Below are positions 33,100 to 46,807 of a stretch of DNA of 64,000 nt, piece after piece. The number at the start of each line of letters is the position of its first letter. Within the stretch, counting starts at the first letter, position 1. A program made the translations under genes and the position numbers. The DNA is from Salpingoeca rosetta (Eukaryota > Protista > Choanoflagellata). The DNA lies in the NCBI GenBank assembly GCA_033442325.1, contig JAWQFM010000031.1, forward strand, positions 732,025 to 796,024, given 5' to 3'. The notes beneath the pieces were generated by a model, which saw nothing but the letters and a program-made list of their open reading frames with translations, was not told the DNA's origin and ran no database searches.

Positions 33100-34469
33100 C
33101 ACTCACACACACACACACACTCACACACACACACACTCGAACGCACACACGCACGCACGCACGCGCTCGCAGGTACCCTTCTTGGAGTGGCTCCAGCGTC
33201 TACAGATATGCAGAGGATGGCACGTACAAGACCAACTTTGGCACCAGCTCAAGTCAGATCATGCAGCTGTGGGGCGAGCCTGACTCGCTGTACTACTACA
33301 CCGCCAACTGGGGGTACAATTACTGCCGCAAGATTGGGCCCTTCCCCAGCACCAGCGTGAGGTGGACGTACACCCCGTCCCCTGCCACCACCGTCGGAGG
33401 CATCGCAACAGACAGCAACTACGCATACTGCATTCAGAACGGGCGATCCACTGTGCACGTGCTCAACAAGGAGACCGGCTCGCTCGTCCGCACGTTTGAC
33501 CTGACTGGCGGCAGCATCGGCAGCCTCAACGGTGGCTTTGCAGTTGTCAACGACAAGATCTACTACGGCACTGGCCAGTACTTCTACCGCCACAACCTGG
33601 AGGATGGCACCTTTGATGGCTTCAGGTGTGTGTGTGTGTGTGTGTGTGCGTGTATGGAGTTGTACGCGAATGGTTGGACGTGCGTGTGCGTTTGCATCAG
33701 CCCTAATGTCATGAAGCTGATGCAGTGACACTCACATGCTGTCGCCTATCCTTCCACTTGTTCTCAGGTTCCAAACCATTCAGACCATCAGCAACATGGC
33801 ATTCACGGGTCAGGACTTGTGCATCAGCCCCAACAGCGATAACGTGTATTGCTATCAGGTGCGGTCATGTGTGCGTGTGTGTGTGCATCTATGTGTGTGC
33901 GTGTGCGTGCGTGCGTGCGTGCGTGCGTGCGCGCGTGTGTGTGCTTATTCATTGAAATGCTTCACGCTGTCACCCCTCCCCCCCAATTTCCTCGTCCTCC
34001 ACACTCCCTGCTTCGCTTCAACGGCCTCATTCACATGACACCACTCTGCTTCAACTCACACCGCCCCTCAGGTCATCTCACACAACATCTGGAAGCCCGA
34101 CGATGGCGCACATCTGCTGGACACCGTCAACGCATACACTTCACTGTATGTTCATATCTAGCGTTCCAGCGCTGTGCGTGGCACACATGTACTTGGTGTG
34201 CATTGTGTGCAGTTGTGCATCGTGCGCACACGTGATTTGTGCAATTGTGTTTGTTATTGTGTTCATTGTGTTCATTGTGTGCGTGGTGTGCGTGTGCGCT
34301 GCCCTCGTCGTGTCTTCTCATCTCTGGTGCCTTTCGTCTTCCTTCTCTTTTCCCTTCCCAATCTCCGCAGGTCCATGAACACACGCTCCTACGCCGGCGG
34401 CTTTGCGCCCATGCACCGAGAATACTGGTGCGTGCCTTGAGAGCAACCGCCCTGAATACCCTCAAGCCG

Positions 34470-34546
<77 letters not shown>

Positions 34547-34548
34547 CG

Positions 34549-34595
<47 letters not shown>

Positions 34596-35544
34596 TTCGG
34601 TTTTTGCACCCGTTCACCCCGTCGTTGTGTGATCTGCGTCAAATTGGTTGCACAGGTACCCCTACTGGTCAGGTTCAACCATCTACCGGGTACGTGAGGC
34701 TTGTGATGGGGTCTTCATGTAGCATTGGTGTGGTTGTTATCTTTCACCTTTCAGCTGTTCAGGCACTCTCTCTTTCTTCTCTCTTGCTGGCATACATGTG
34801 TGTGTCTGTCTACCTGCATTGTGCCCGTGTCTTACTGCCTCTCTCACTCACACACACATACTCTACACACACACACACTCACACACACGCACACACACAC
34901 ACACACATGCACACACTCACTCACACACACTCACACACACACTCACACACACTCTACACACGCACCAACTGGCACTTGCAGTACACGTGGAAGGGCTACT
35001 ACATTGGCGCGTTCAATGCCGTGAATGGTGTTGGGAGCATCCGCCAGCTGTGGGGATCCCCCGACTCGCCCCACTACTACCTGGCTGCCAGCAACTACAT
35101 CTACAAGGCCACGTGGCCGCAGAACCAGCTCGTGTGGTCCTACAACCTTGGCACGACTGCTGGCGGTGTCACCACGCACGGCGACAGCGTGTATGCTATG
35201 CGAGCAACGACCAACCTCGTGTATGTGCTGCGCGCGACGGATGGCGAGCTGCAGCGCACGTTCAACCTGGACTCGTCGAGCGGCGATAACTTCTCCAACA
35301 TGTTCGGTGGCTTGGTTGCTGTCAAGGGCAGGCTGTTCCGTGGCGGCAGAGACAACGCCAGGTTCTACAGGTCAGTCGGCGGTAGTGTTGCGATATGTGT
35401 GATAGTGTGATAGTGTGAACATGCGTGGACGCGTGTGTGTCTGTGTATGCATGTGTATCCCATGCGTCATGCGTAACAACGACCCTCATGGTACATCCTA
35501 TGTGTATGTTTGCGCGCGCACACACACACACACACACACACGCA

Positions 35545-35603
<59 letters not shown>

Positions 35604-36197
35604 CCAACCAACCAGGCGGTGGCCACGACCTTCGTTTCTACTCCAACTGTGAGCGCGTTAGCACAAACCCCAACAGCTATCGAATCGACACCGGAGGTTA
35701 CTCCAACTCCTGGGCAACCGGCTCCAGCAGCATCTACGTCGATGAGATGGAGGTGTTCTACCTGACCGAGGACGCGTATGACCCGTGCGATGGTATTGTG
35801 TGCCCAACGAACCCGTGCACCCCCACCAACGTGTGCCAGCTTGGTGTGTGCGTGTCCACCACCATCCCTGACGGCACCCCCTGCGACGATGGCGACGCCA
35901 CGACGGCGTTTGACGCATGTGTCGCTGGCCAGTGCGTGGGTGCTGCGCGGTACTCCAACACGTCCTCCTACACCCTCGACGACCTCCACCCCGGACGCAC
36001 ATACGCCGTGCAGGTGCAGGCGTACACCAGCATTGGCGGCGGTCCGCTCAGCGATGCCGTTCACGGCACCACACTCGAGGCGCCACCATCGTCTGGCCCT
36101 GTGGACGTCGCCGGCACAGCACTGTCTGATTCGAAGATTAAGCTCACATGGAACGCACCAGCCAACCCGACACACAACGGCCGCCTTCTTGGCTACG

Positions 36198-36237
<40 letters not shown>

Positions 36238-38263
36238 TTTGTTTGTGTGTGTGCCTGCATGTGTTTTGCTGTCTTGTGTTTCCGTTTGTGGTTGCTTGGC
36301 ACTGAACCAGCTTTCAGCTTTGGCCGTGTTCACTTGTTCACCTCCACCGCTGTCTCCCACCACTCACTTCAGGTGTACATTGCCTCTGCTGGCGGCCCGG
36401 CCGCGTTCGTGACGAGTCTCAACTACTACACCTTCACGGTCACGGGCCTGCTGCCTTACACGGAGTACACCTTCTACCTGACCACGTTCAACGGTGCTGG
36501 TGCGTCACCGCCATCCGAGAGCATCACTGTGCGAACACAGGAGGCACCGCCCGGCCCACCATCCAACGTGCAGGCTGACGAGGAGCTCTCTGACAACGGC
36601 GAGGTGATCACCGTCAGCTGGCAGCCGCCGTACGAACCAAACGGCATCGTCATCAAGTACACCATCTACTACCAGAAGTGAGTGATTTTGTGTATGTGTG
36701 TGTGTGTGTGTGATTTAGCGCTTGGATGCACTCTTTACGCCATGCTCACACGTGGCGATTCCTCTCTTGTCCGAATCATCGTCGTCCCCTCAGGCTCGGT
36801 GGCACGTGGCAGTCCGTGACCACGTCCAGTGGCAGTGTGCGGTCCGTTGAGATTGATGGCCTGGACCCCATCTCCACCTATGTGGTGCAGGTGTCTGCGT
36901 GGACAGCAGCTGGCGAGGGCGAGCGCAGCAACACCATCGCGCCCACCACCGGTCAAGGCATTCCCCGCACGCCGCCCGACAACGTCGACGCCAACGCTCT
37001 CAGCAAGACGGCCATCAAGGTGTGTGTGTGTGTATGTATGTATGTACTAGTTGCACTGCCTCGCTCACTGACAACACCACTCATTCCCCACTTCCCACCA
37101 CCCCACCGCGCCCACCAGGTGACGTATGACCTGCCGCCGTCGGATGAGGGCGAAGTCGTCGAGTACAGCATCTACTACACACCAGGTGCGCTGGTGCATG
37201 ATGGATGGTGCGAATTGTTTGAACCAATCACATGTCGGGACTGATGCTCTCGTGCTTACATCGTCAGTCGACATGAGCATTATGCCATTCGTCACCTCAC
37301 AGTGTCACTACGTGGCTGTGTGTATGTGTCCTTGTACTGAACCCCAGAGCCACTTCCTTCCTCATGTGAGGAAATCAGCTGTCACGCTCGCGACACCTGC
37401 CACGATGTTGGCGAATGCATCCACGATCCATTCGTAAGTATGTGTGTGTCTGTGTGTTCGCACGGAAGAGTCGCACGAGCGCCAGCACCAGCACATACGC
37501 ACACATGCACATGTGATTGTGTTCGCGCGCACTAATGACTCCTGCATGTCCTTGTCCAGTATGGTCCAATGTGCACCGCTCCGGCCAAGCGCGATGGCAC
37601 CGAGTGCGACGACGGCGACGACAGGTGAGCCGGGACCCTTGTCGTTGTCATCGTGCACTCTCGCAGGACATGCGTAGAACGAGCATGCAGTTGTGCGTTT
37701 GTGGTGCCTGCCTTCACTGTAGCTCTCATACGCCATGTACGCACGCGCGCGCACACACACACACACACGCACATGCACCTACACACACATAATACAACGC
37801 GCTCACAACGTACCTACACGCCGCATGTGGCCGGCTTGCAGCACTGGCTTTGACACGTGCGTGATGGGGCAGTGTCGCAGCGTGCCGCGGCCCCAGCCCG
37901 TGTCTCCAGTCACGTCGACGTTCAGCGGCACGTGGTCGACACGCAGTTACGGCATGGCATACAACCCGCGCCGCAACGAGTGGTGGTTCCCCGAGTACAC
38001 ATCTTCGTCCACAGGCACGGTCGTTTACCGGTGAGTGGGGCTGCTGTTACAGGGGGGAGGCATTGTGTGTGCTTCCACGCTCCGTGTCATGCACGCACAA
38101 CCAGACTTTTCGCACTCTCGCACATTTTCTCACATCCTGTCCATTGCATCGCGTTGTGTTGTGTTCCGCTGCCGGTATCAGGTACTCTGCCGACGATCTG
38201 ACGACGCTCGTTGGCCGCTTCCGCATCCAACAGCGCCGATACGTGAGTCGCATTGCTGGAGTT

Positions 38264-38340
<77 letters not shown>

Positions 38341-38981
38341 CGCTGTGGCATCACACATGGCATCCTCAACCGTCTCCTCTCACTTCTCATTCCACACAAA
38401 TGCCCTGCACTTTTTCTTCTTGGTTGCGTGCTTGCAGCTGATGCAAATATGGGTGCACGTGGATGAAACGTACCTGCTCAACACCTACACGGACAACTAC
38501 GTCTACCGCTACGGCCCCTTCCCTCTCGTGACGGTGAGCATGCATGCTTGTGTCTGCGCGCCTGCGTGTGTGTGTGTGTGTTTGTTCGTGTGTTTGCCAG
38601 TGTGTGTGTGAAAATGCGTGTGTGTGTTTGATTGATTGCTTGTTTGTGTCTGTGTGTCTGTGTGTGTATGTTCGAACGTGTTTGTGGCGGTTGTGCGTCG
38701 TGCAAGCAACCACACGTGCACCACCATGACCATACACTCACGCGTCGATGCTTACCATGGCGTCAACCTATGCCCTGCAATACTTCTTCCGCCTCCCCTT
38801 GCCACAGCAACTCTGGGCGTACAACTTTGGCACGACCGTTGGCGGTGTGTCGCTGCACGATGGTGTCGTGTATGCCATGCAGAGCGGCAGCTACAACATC
38901 CGCGTCCTCGACTGGGAGACGGGCCAACTCCAGCGCTCTTTCTCGTCAGTGCATTCGGAGGCACTTCCTCTGTGTACCTGC

Positions 38982-39031
<50 letters not shown>

Positions 39032-41365
39032 TGCGTGTGAGTGTGGTGTGTACCTGCTCCGTGTGTGTGTGTGTGTGTGTGTTTGTGTTTGTGTTTGTGT
39101 CGTCGTACTCAACTTGGACTTAGCGTGCTTGCTGTCGTCTCACGAACGCCACTCTTCCTTCCACGCCCTGCTCCCCCCGCACACCACGAACAGGCTGAGC
39201 GGCTCGCCTCAAGGGTTCTCCAACATCTACGGCACATTTGCAGTCGTGAGCAACAAGATCTTCGTCGGCGACTACAACGACAACGACATGTACCGGTGAG
39301 CGTGATGGCTCTTGTGTTGCTGTTGTGTGGTCATGTTAGTGAACTGTGCTTCTGCTGTGTAACGATGCGCCTGCATGCATGCACACGCATTCAAGCAAGC
39401 ACACGCTCATACGCGCGCACACACAATTCACACACACGCGCGTTTGCCTTGCCACTGTGCCGTTTAGATTTGATCTTCAAACGTATCAGTACGACAACGT
39501 GCATTGGACGGCCTCGTACCAGACACAAAAGCTTGGCTTTGACGGCCAGCATCTCTGCATCGCTTCAGGGGATCCTGTCGAATGCTGGAGAAGTGAGTCG
39601 CCGCGCTCTCGCTTGTTTGGCTTCATTTTCTGTCTCATGGCTCTGGCCACGGGTTACATCTGCATCTGTGTCATGCTTGTCTCTTTGCTATCTCCGATAC
39701 ATGCCCTCATCCCTTCAACTCATCATCACTTCAACCCCTCGGCCAACGCCACCCCCGTCTTGTTCACCGCACGTGATCACCGCAGTTGTGGACGAGAATG
39801 TGTACGGCGACCGCACCGTCATCTCTGCCAATGCGCCGGCACAGGCCATCATGGGCTCTGAGATCCTGACAAAGGACATGAACCTGGCCATCTCCAAAGA
39901 GGTGTCGCCCAACAGCGATTCGAGCTTCAAGCTCTGCTTCCGCGCATCAGACCACGGCTTCTCCGGCTCCACCTTCCACGCGCGCTGCGACAACAAGGGC
40001 CAGACGGTTGTCGTTGTCCGTTCGACAGAGGGCAGCCCGCAGGGACCGCGCGTATTTGGCGCCTTTGCTCCCAACAGCTGGCGGTCCGACACGTCCACGT
40101 ATCTCCGTGCCGATGATGCCTTCCTCTTCCGTTTTGTCAACAACGGCCAATTCGAGCGCACAGATCTCCTCAACTATCCGGAGTACGCCCAGTACACGCG
40201 CCCAGGCTACTGCCCTGAGTTCGGTTCGTTGTCGTCGTATTTGTGTTTGTGCATGTATCTTGTGTTGGTGTTGATGGGCTCGGTTGCTCTTGCCTTCGTT
40301 GCTGGCGTGCGCAAGTCCGTTTGCACACACACACATGCACTCACACACATGCACTCACACACACGCACTCACTCACTCACCTTGCCTCACTCACTCACTC
40401 ACTCACTCACTCACTCACTCACTCACTCACTCACTCACTCACTCATTGACGCACATGCAGGCAACTCTGATTTCCGCATGTCAACGGACTGCCGGTCCGG
40501 ATACACCAGCACGAATGCTTACACGTGAGTTTAATGCATGCAGTTGTGTTTGGACTTCAATGCATCTGTGCTGCAACAAATGTTGTCATTTCCTCATACT
40601 CATCGCCATCCATGCTGTTGCGTGTATCCGTGCTATTGCTGAGCGCAGTGTGCACCAGAGCAGCAGCACGTACAACAACGAGTGGTTGACTGGCTCCTAC
40701 AACAGCTGGCAAGTGGATGACGTCGAGGTCTTCTACCGCGTCGACGAGTCCGCAGATCCATGCTTCGACGTGGTGCGTACAGCAGCGCTCGCGTGCACTT
40801 GACACGTCATTGTGAGCGAATGTGGGGGTTGCGTTTGTCCATGTTGCCAGTGTCACGAATCCCTTCGTGTCAATCTCATCCTCGTGTGCATCATGCATTG
40901 TCCAAACAACACAGACATGTGATCCACCAATGGGTCAGTGCAAACTGCCCGGTCGCTGCGTCAGCGGCGAGTGCGTCTATGATGTCGCCCCGAATGGCAC
41001 CCCATGCAACGACGGTCAGTATTGCGAAGTGTGTGTGTGGGAGGGGGGAATCTATGCGTTTGAGAGCATCGAGTCGCCATTGCACGCCTCCTCGTTCCTC
41101 ACCAACAAACACACAAACGTGCCACTCCCCTCCGAACAACGCACCCTTTGCAGGCGACGATGCGACGGTGTTTGACACGTGCCAGGACACCGTCTGCGTT
41201 GGCCGCCATCCCGTCATCACGGAGGACAACCAGCACACGTTCACTGGCCTCAACCCGTACACCACCTACGCCTTCCGTGTGGCTGCCCGCACCGTCCGCG
41301 GTCAGGGCCCGGCCTCTGACGCCGTCCGCGCCCGCACTCTCTCCGGCACCCCAACAGGTTGGCGC

Positions 41366-41453
<88 letters not shown>

Positions 41454-42984
41454 CGTGCTTTGAGTGCGCGTGATTCCTTCGCCTGGCTGCCTTGTCCCTC
41501 ACACACGATCGTTTGTGCCCTGTCCTCATCCACGTGCCATTTCTTGCCTTTCCTTCCCTCCTCAACCCTTCAGGTCCACCCCAGGATGTGGTGGCGCGAG
41601 CGGCAGCAACGACCGTGTTGCACATCACGTGGAAGCAGCCGCTGTTTGGCGAGCGCCACGGCACCATCTCATCGTACAAGCTGTGGGTGCAGCGCCTGAA
41701 CAGCATGCGCCAGCCAGCGGGCACACCCTGGACCATCGTCACGGGCAACGACCTCACCAACTACAACCTCACAGACCTCGACGCATACACATACTACCAG
41801 GTTTGTGTGGGTGTATGACCGTGTTGTTGTTGGCATCATTTGCTCAACTTGCTCTCTGTCTTTATTGACCGGGTTTGTACCACCACGCACACACACGCAC
41901 ACACACACTCACGTACACACACACACACACACGCACAACTGCAACAACCACAACAACAGGTCAAGGTGGCTGCCTCCACCATTGATGGCCTGGGTCCGTA
42001 CAGCGATGCGTCGATTGCTCGAACAGCAGAGGGAACACCACCCGTTGCACCAACGAACGTGCAGGTGGACAGCACAACAACCGAGACTGTCACGCTCAGC
42101 TGGGACCCAATCAGCCCACTCGAGGCTGATGGCATCCTCATTGGCTACACCATCTCTGTGCGTCAGGGACCAAGGAGCGACTGCACACGCCACCCCGCCA
42201 GCATCGACGTTGTCTACATCGACACACCACGTGTTGAGACCTACACCGTGCTTGAGTTGGAGGACACTGCTGTGTATCCGTACGAATTCCAGGTTGCAGC
42301 CCGCACTGCTGCTGGCGAGGGCGTGTACTCTGCATCAGCGCTGCACATGACGAGCGGCGGGTCGCAGGTGTGCTCCGGCCCGTCCACGTGGACATCAGAT
42401 GTCACCAGCACATCCGCCAACGTGTGGGTGAAGCCACCGCCAACGGTTGAGCTGAACGGCAACACCATCGCCACCATCAACGTGACCGTCACGGCCATCG
42501 AGGACTCCAATCGCCGCCCCATCACGGGCGCAACACCGGCATGGCTCGTGTTCTCTGCTGCTGATGGCTTCAACGCCAGCCAGGCGCTGTCTGGGCTCGA
42601 CCCGTACACGGTGTACAGCGTGGAGGCCGTGGTCATCACCACGACTGGCGTGTCTTCGCCCACGTCTGCTCCCTACACGTTCCGCACCGCCGAAGCGACG
42701 CCAGGTGCTGTGGGCTCCCTCATTGCACAAGAGGTTGGCGACGTGGTGAAGGTGTTGTGGACGCCGCCATCGCCGGCAAACGGAGCGCTTCAGTATCGCA
42801 TCACATTCACGCCCGCCGTTGACGGCACGAGCGAATTCACCACGTCCTACGCCAACTTCAGCCTCGACGTCCTCTCGGTTCGTTGTGTGTGCGTATGTAT
42901 GTGTATTTGTGTGTCTGTGTGTATTTGTGCATGTGTGTGTGTGTGTGTCATCTTGCAAGCACCCTTAGTGGACAGCATGTCACT

Positions 42985-43028
<44 letters not shown>

Positions 43029-44359
43029 CACACACACACACGCACACATTCTCCACCTTGGGTTTCTCTCCTTGCAGGGCACGACGTACACCGTCAGGGT
43101 TGTTGCGCTGACGGGCGCAGGTGATGGCCCAGCACGCCAGACGACGGTAGAGACTGTCCCGGCCAACGTGGCTGCACCTGTCATAACGCTTCAATCCGCA
43201 GCAGAGACAGAGCTGCGGCTCAAGGCCACTTGGACCAGCCCACTCACTGCCTTCCACCTCCAATACAAAGCAGAGGGGGTGAGTTACGTGCGCGTATGCT
43301 GTGTACGCGTGTGTGAATGTGAACGTGTGTGCACTTGCATTTGTGTGTTGGTTGCTTCCCTCAGATGGTGCTTCTTGTCCACTCACTAAGCTTCACATGC
43401 GTGTTCTTTGCTTCTCTCATGTCCTTCTTTGCTCCACAGGATGATGATTTCAGCGATGTCATGGACTACGCCGTGTCTACCAATGCACGTCAACACACCT
43501 TCACCCTCTCTGGCCTGGAGCACTCCACATCCTACACCGTCCGCGTTCAGGCCGACACCGACGATGGTCTCGGCCTCACCGCCCAATACGAGCACGCCAC
43601 CGCCGTTGTTCCTCCAAGCGCCCCGCAGACAGTCGTGGTGCGTCATTGAATGTGTGTGTGTGTGTGTGTGTGCGCGCGCGCGTGTGTGTGTGCGTGTGTG
43701 TGATGGCTGTCTTTGCCAGGTGCCCACTGTACTCACCAACGCCCGTTCACATACACGTGCATACACACACTCTCTCTAACAGGCCATGGCCGTCAACAGC
43801 ACGCACGTGCGCGTAACGTGGTCTCCTGTCATGGCTGAGCATGGCTGAGCATCGCCTTGGCGAGGTGCGCGGGTACCGCCTGTCCATCGAGCAGGGCATC
43901 AGCCTCCTGCCACCAATCGATGCCGGCCTCACCACGTGGTACATCGTTGGCCGTCTCAACCCCGTCACCACCTACCGCGTCTCCGTGATTGCGTACAACG
44001 ATGGCGGTGATGGCGATGCCAGCTCTCCGCAGTCGGTCATGACAGCGGCCACCGTGTGTGCAGATGACGAGTACGAGACGGCGCCACCCATGGGGGCAAT
44101 GGACCGCCAGTGTGGCCCCTGCTCGTCGTGCGGCTCTGGCATGTACGAGACGGCCGCCTGCACGCGCACCAGCGACACGATGTGCGCCGCATGCAGCACC
44201 ACCTGTGGCGAGGACGAGTGGATTTCGTCGCCCTGCACGGCCTCGTCCGATATCGAGTGCTCCGCGTGCTCTACGTGCGACCTCTCGGTCGAGAGCCACG
44301 TGGCCGACTGCACCCTCTTCTCCGACACCGTCTGCGTCCCATTCACCACGTATGTGTGT

Positions 44360-44412
<53 letters not shown>

Positions 44413-46294
44413 CGTGTGTGCGTGCATGTGTGGTTGTGTGTGTGGTTGTGTGGTTGTTGTGTGGTTGTCTCGTTTGAGAGTGTTGCAATGTTCAAGGCGT
44501 CTGCACTCAATTTCATGCGCGTGTGTGTGTATTGGCATTCACCATTGAGCAGGACGACGACCACGACCACCACAACCACAACAACGACTACTCTGCCAAC
44601 AACGACGTGAGTTGTCAACAGCAAACACAGAGCGTGCACCACACCCTTGCGTCCTCCTGCTTTGCTTCACTGCGTCTGTTATTCCCTGCGTGCTTGTACC
44701 TCCACGCTTGCTACACTTGCGGTACGCGCACCCTTGATGCTCACGCACCACACACCACACACCTCATCCTCCGCAATCATCACGACCAGCGTTCCATGCC
44801 ATCCAACGTGCGCCACGTGTGCTGGCGAGGCAGCTGACGAGTGCCTGTCGTGCCACGGCAGCTACAGCGTGTACCTTGGACGCTGCGTGCCATCGTGCCC
44901 CGCCTCCACATACAAGGAGAGCGGCCAGTGCTTGACATGCCCCGCCACGTGCGACATCTGTACGAGTGCTGACGTGTGTGTCACGTGCCGTCGCGGTTAT
45001 TTCCGCCATAATGGCGCGTGCGTGGAGGCCAGCAGCTGCCCCACTGGTTCCTACGCTGACGCCGACCTCGACACATGTGTGCCGTGTACCGCTGGCTGCG
45101 CCACGTGCAATGCCGATCGCTGCACGCAGTGCGCTGGCACCAAGCTGCTCCTGCCAACTGGCGATGAGTGCGTGGACGCCTGCCCGGACCAGTACTTTGC
45201 ATCCACCACGACGCTGGGCGCACGCGAATGCAAGGCGTGCGACACCTCGTGCAAGTCGTGCTCTGGCACTCTGCCGACACAGTGCACGGCCTGTTTCGAT
45301 GGCGAGGAGCTGAAGAGCGGCCGCTGCGTGCTGCCGGGTGGTGGTGGCACGACCAAGAGCCCAACAACACGTGACCCGTCTGCCTCCCAGTCTGGCACAG
45401 ACAGCACTGCTGACTCGAACACACTGATTTACGTCGCTGTTGCTGTTGGCGCCGTCATCGCCCTCGCCCTCATCATGATTGGCGTCGCGCTGCTTCGCCG
45501 CAAGAACGCAAAGGCAGCCAGTGGTGGTGCACACAAGTTTGATGGTCAGCAGGGCTCTACCATGGCTTCCTATCGCTCCGGCTCTCTCCACGGCCGTGAC
45601 ATGGTCATCTCCAACCCAGCGTACATGCTAAACGAGCCAAAGCCGTGGACCGAACAGCAGCAGCAGCAACAACAACAACAGCCGACGAAGAGACCCGCCA
45701 ACGACGCCGACATGGAGCGTGAGTGCGTATATGTGTGTGCGTATGTGTGTGTGTGTGCATGTGTGGCATGTGGGAGCTTGCTTCAGTTCCATTGATACAT
45801 GCATTCAACTCACCTGTGACTGCTCTCGTCACCACTCCGTGTTGTTGGTACAGCACTCTACGAGGACCAGGACATGTACGACGATTGTAAGTTGCAGACG
45901 TTGCCGTGCTCGATATCTCATTTCATGGCGTGTGCTACGAGTGCGTGCAGCTGCAGCAGCTGTTGCTGTTGTTGTTGTTGTTTCCGTGACATGCACATCC
46001 CAGCGTGACATGCACATCCCAGCGTGACATGCGCCCCCAGTAACACACACGCTCACACCATCCACTCGCCTTTCTCTTCGGTTGTTGTCCTGTGCCTCCC
46101 TGTTCATGCGAGCAGCTGAGCAGAATGAGGGCGGGTACCTGACCGTCAACCCCGACGATGATCGGATGGCCGCTGACAACAACGGTACGTCGCAGGATGA
46201 CGGCGAGGCCTTGTACGACGAGCCGTCCGCCATGCTGTCGCACAAGGACGAGGAGCATGAGAAGCCCCGTGATGACGACAGCAATGACGAGTGA
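30927..46294 (+). CDS. Giant type-I membrane receptor/adhesion protein: signal peptide, RQRR site, ~12 FN3, Cys-rich CDDG repeats, 3 beta-propeller-like repeats, 2 TLDc (first incomplete), TNFR-like and furin-like repeats, TM helix, Tyr-motif tail. Two frame lesions in this assembly
   Basis: Exon 1 30927-31051 ([22 protein letters not shown]). FN3 motifs ([25 protein letters not shown]; [19 protein letters not shown]). TLDc [41 protein letters not shown]-like [18 protein letters not shown]. Furin-like [42 protein letters not shown]. Stop at 46292-46294. Confidence 0.85.
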
Positions 46295-46643
46295 AAGTGT
46301 GTGTGTGTGTGTGTGTGTGTGCTTGTGCGTGTTTCCTGAATTCACGATGTTTGCTTGGTTGTGTTTGTTGCTGGGTGCGCTGTTCATTTTACATAACTGT
46401 GTGACATGTGCGGTTGTTTTGTGTTTGTTGTTACACCACGACGCTGGGCTGTGATTACACACGTACACGTGAACCGGAAGCATGGAAAGGGGGGGTTGTA
46501 TTGGAGAAAGATCAACGTAACAGCGTTGGCGTGGATGACGCAAACACAAGGAAGGCAACAAGCAAGCGGGGACAGAGGGCACAGCCAGAGGGCAAGGGCA
46601 AACCGAGAAACCGAGAAACAATAGGCGCAAGCCAGAATGACGT

Positions 46644-46657
<14 letters not shown>

Positions 46658-46729
<72 letters not shown>
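46658..46729. repeat. (GA)n microsatellite
   Basis: About 35 GA units. Confidence 0.95.
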
Positions 46730-46732
<3 letters not shown>

Positions 46733-46807
46733 ACATTGAAAGAGAAGCAAACGTCAAACAAGCATGGGTTCGTATGGAGCAAGGGCTTGCACAACGCAAC
46801 TTGACGC

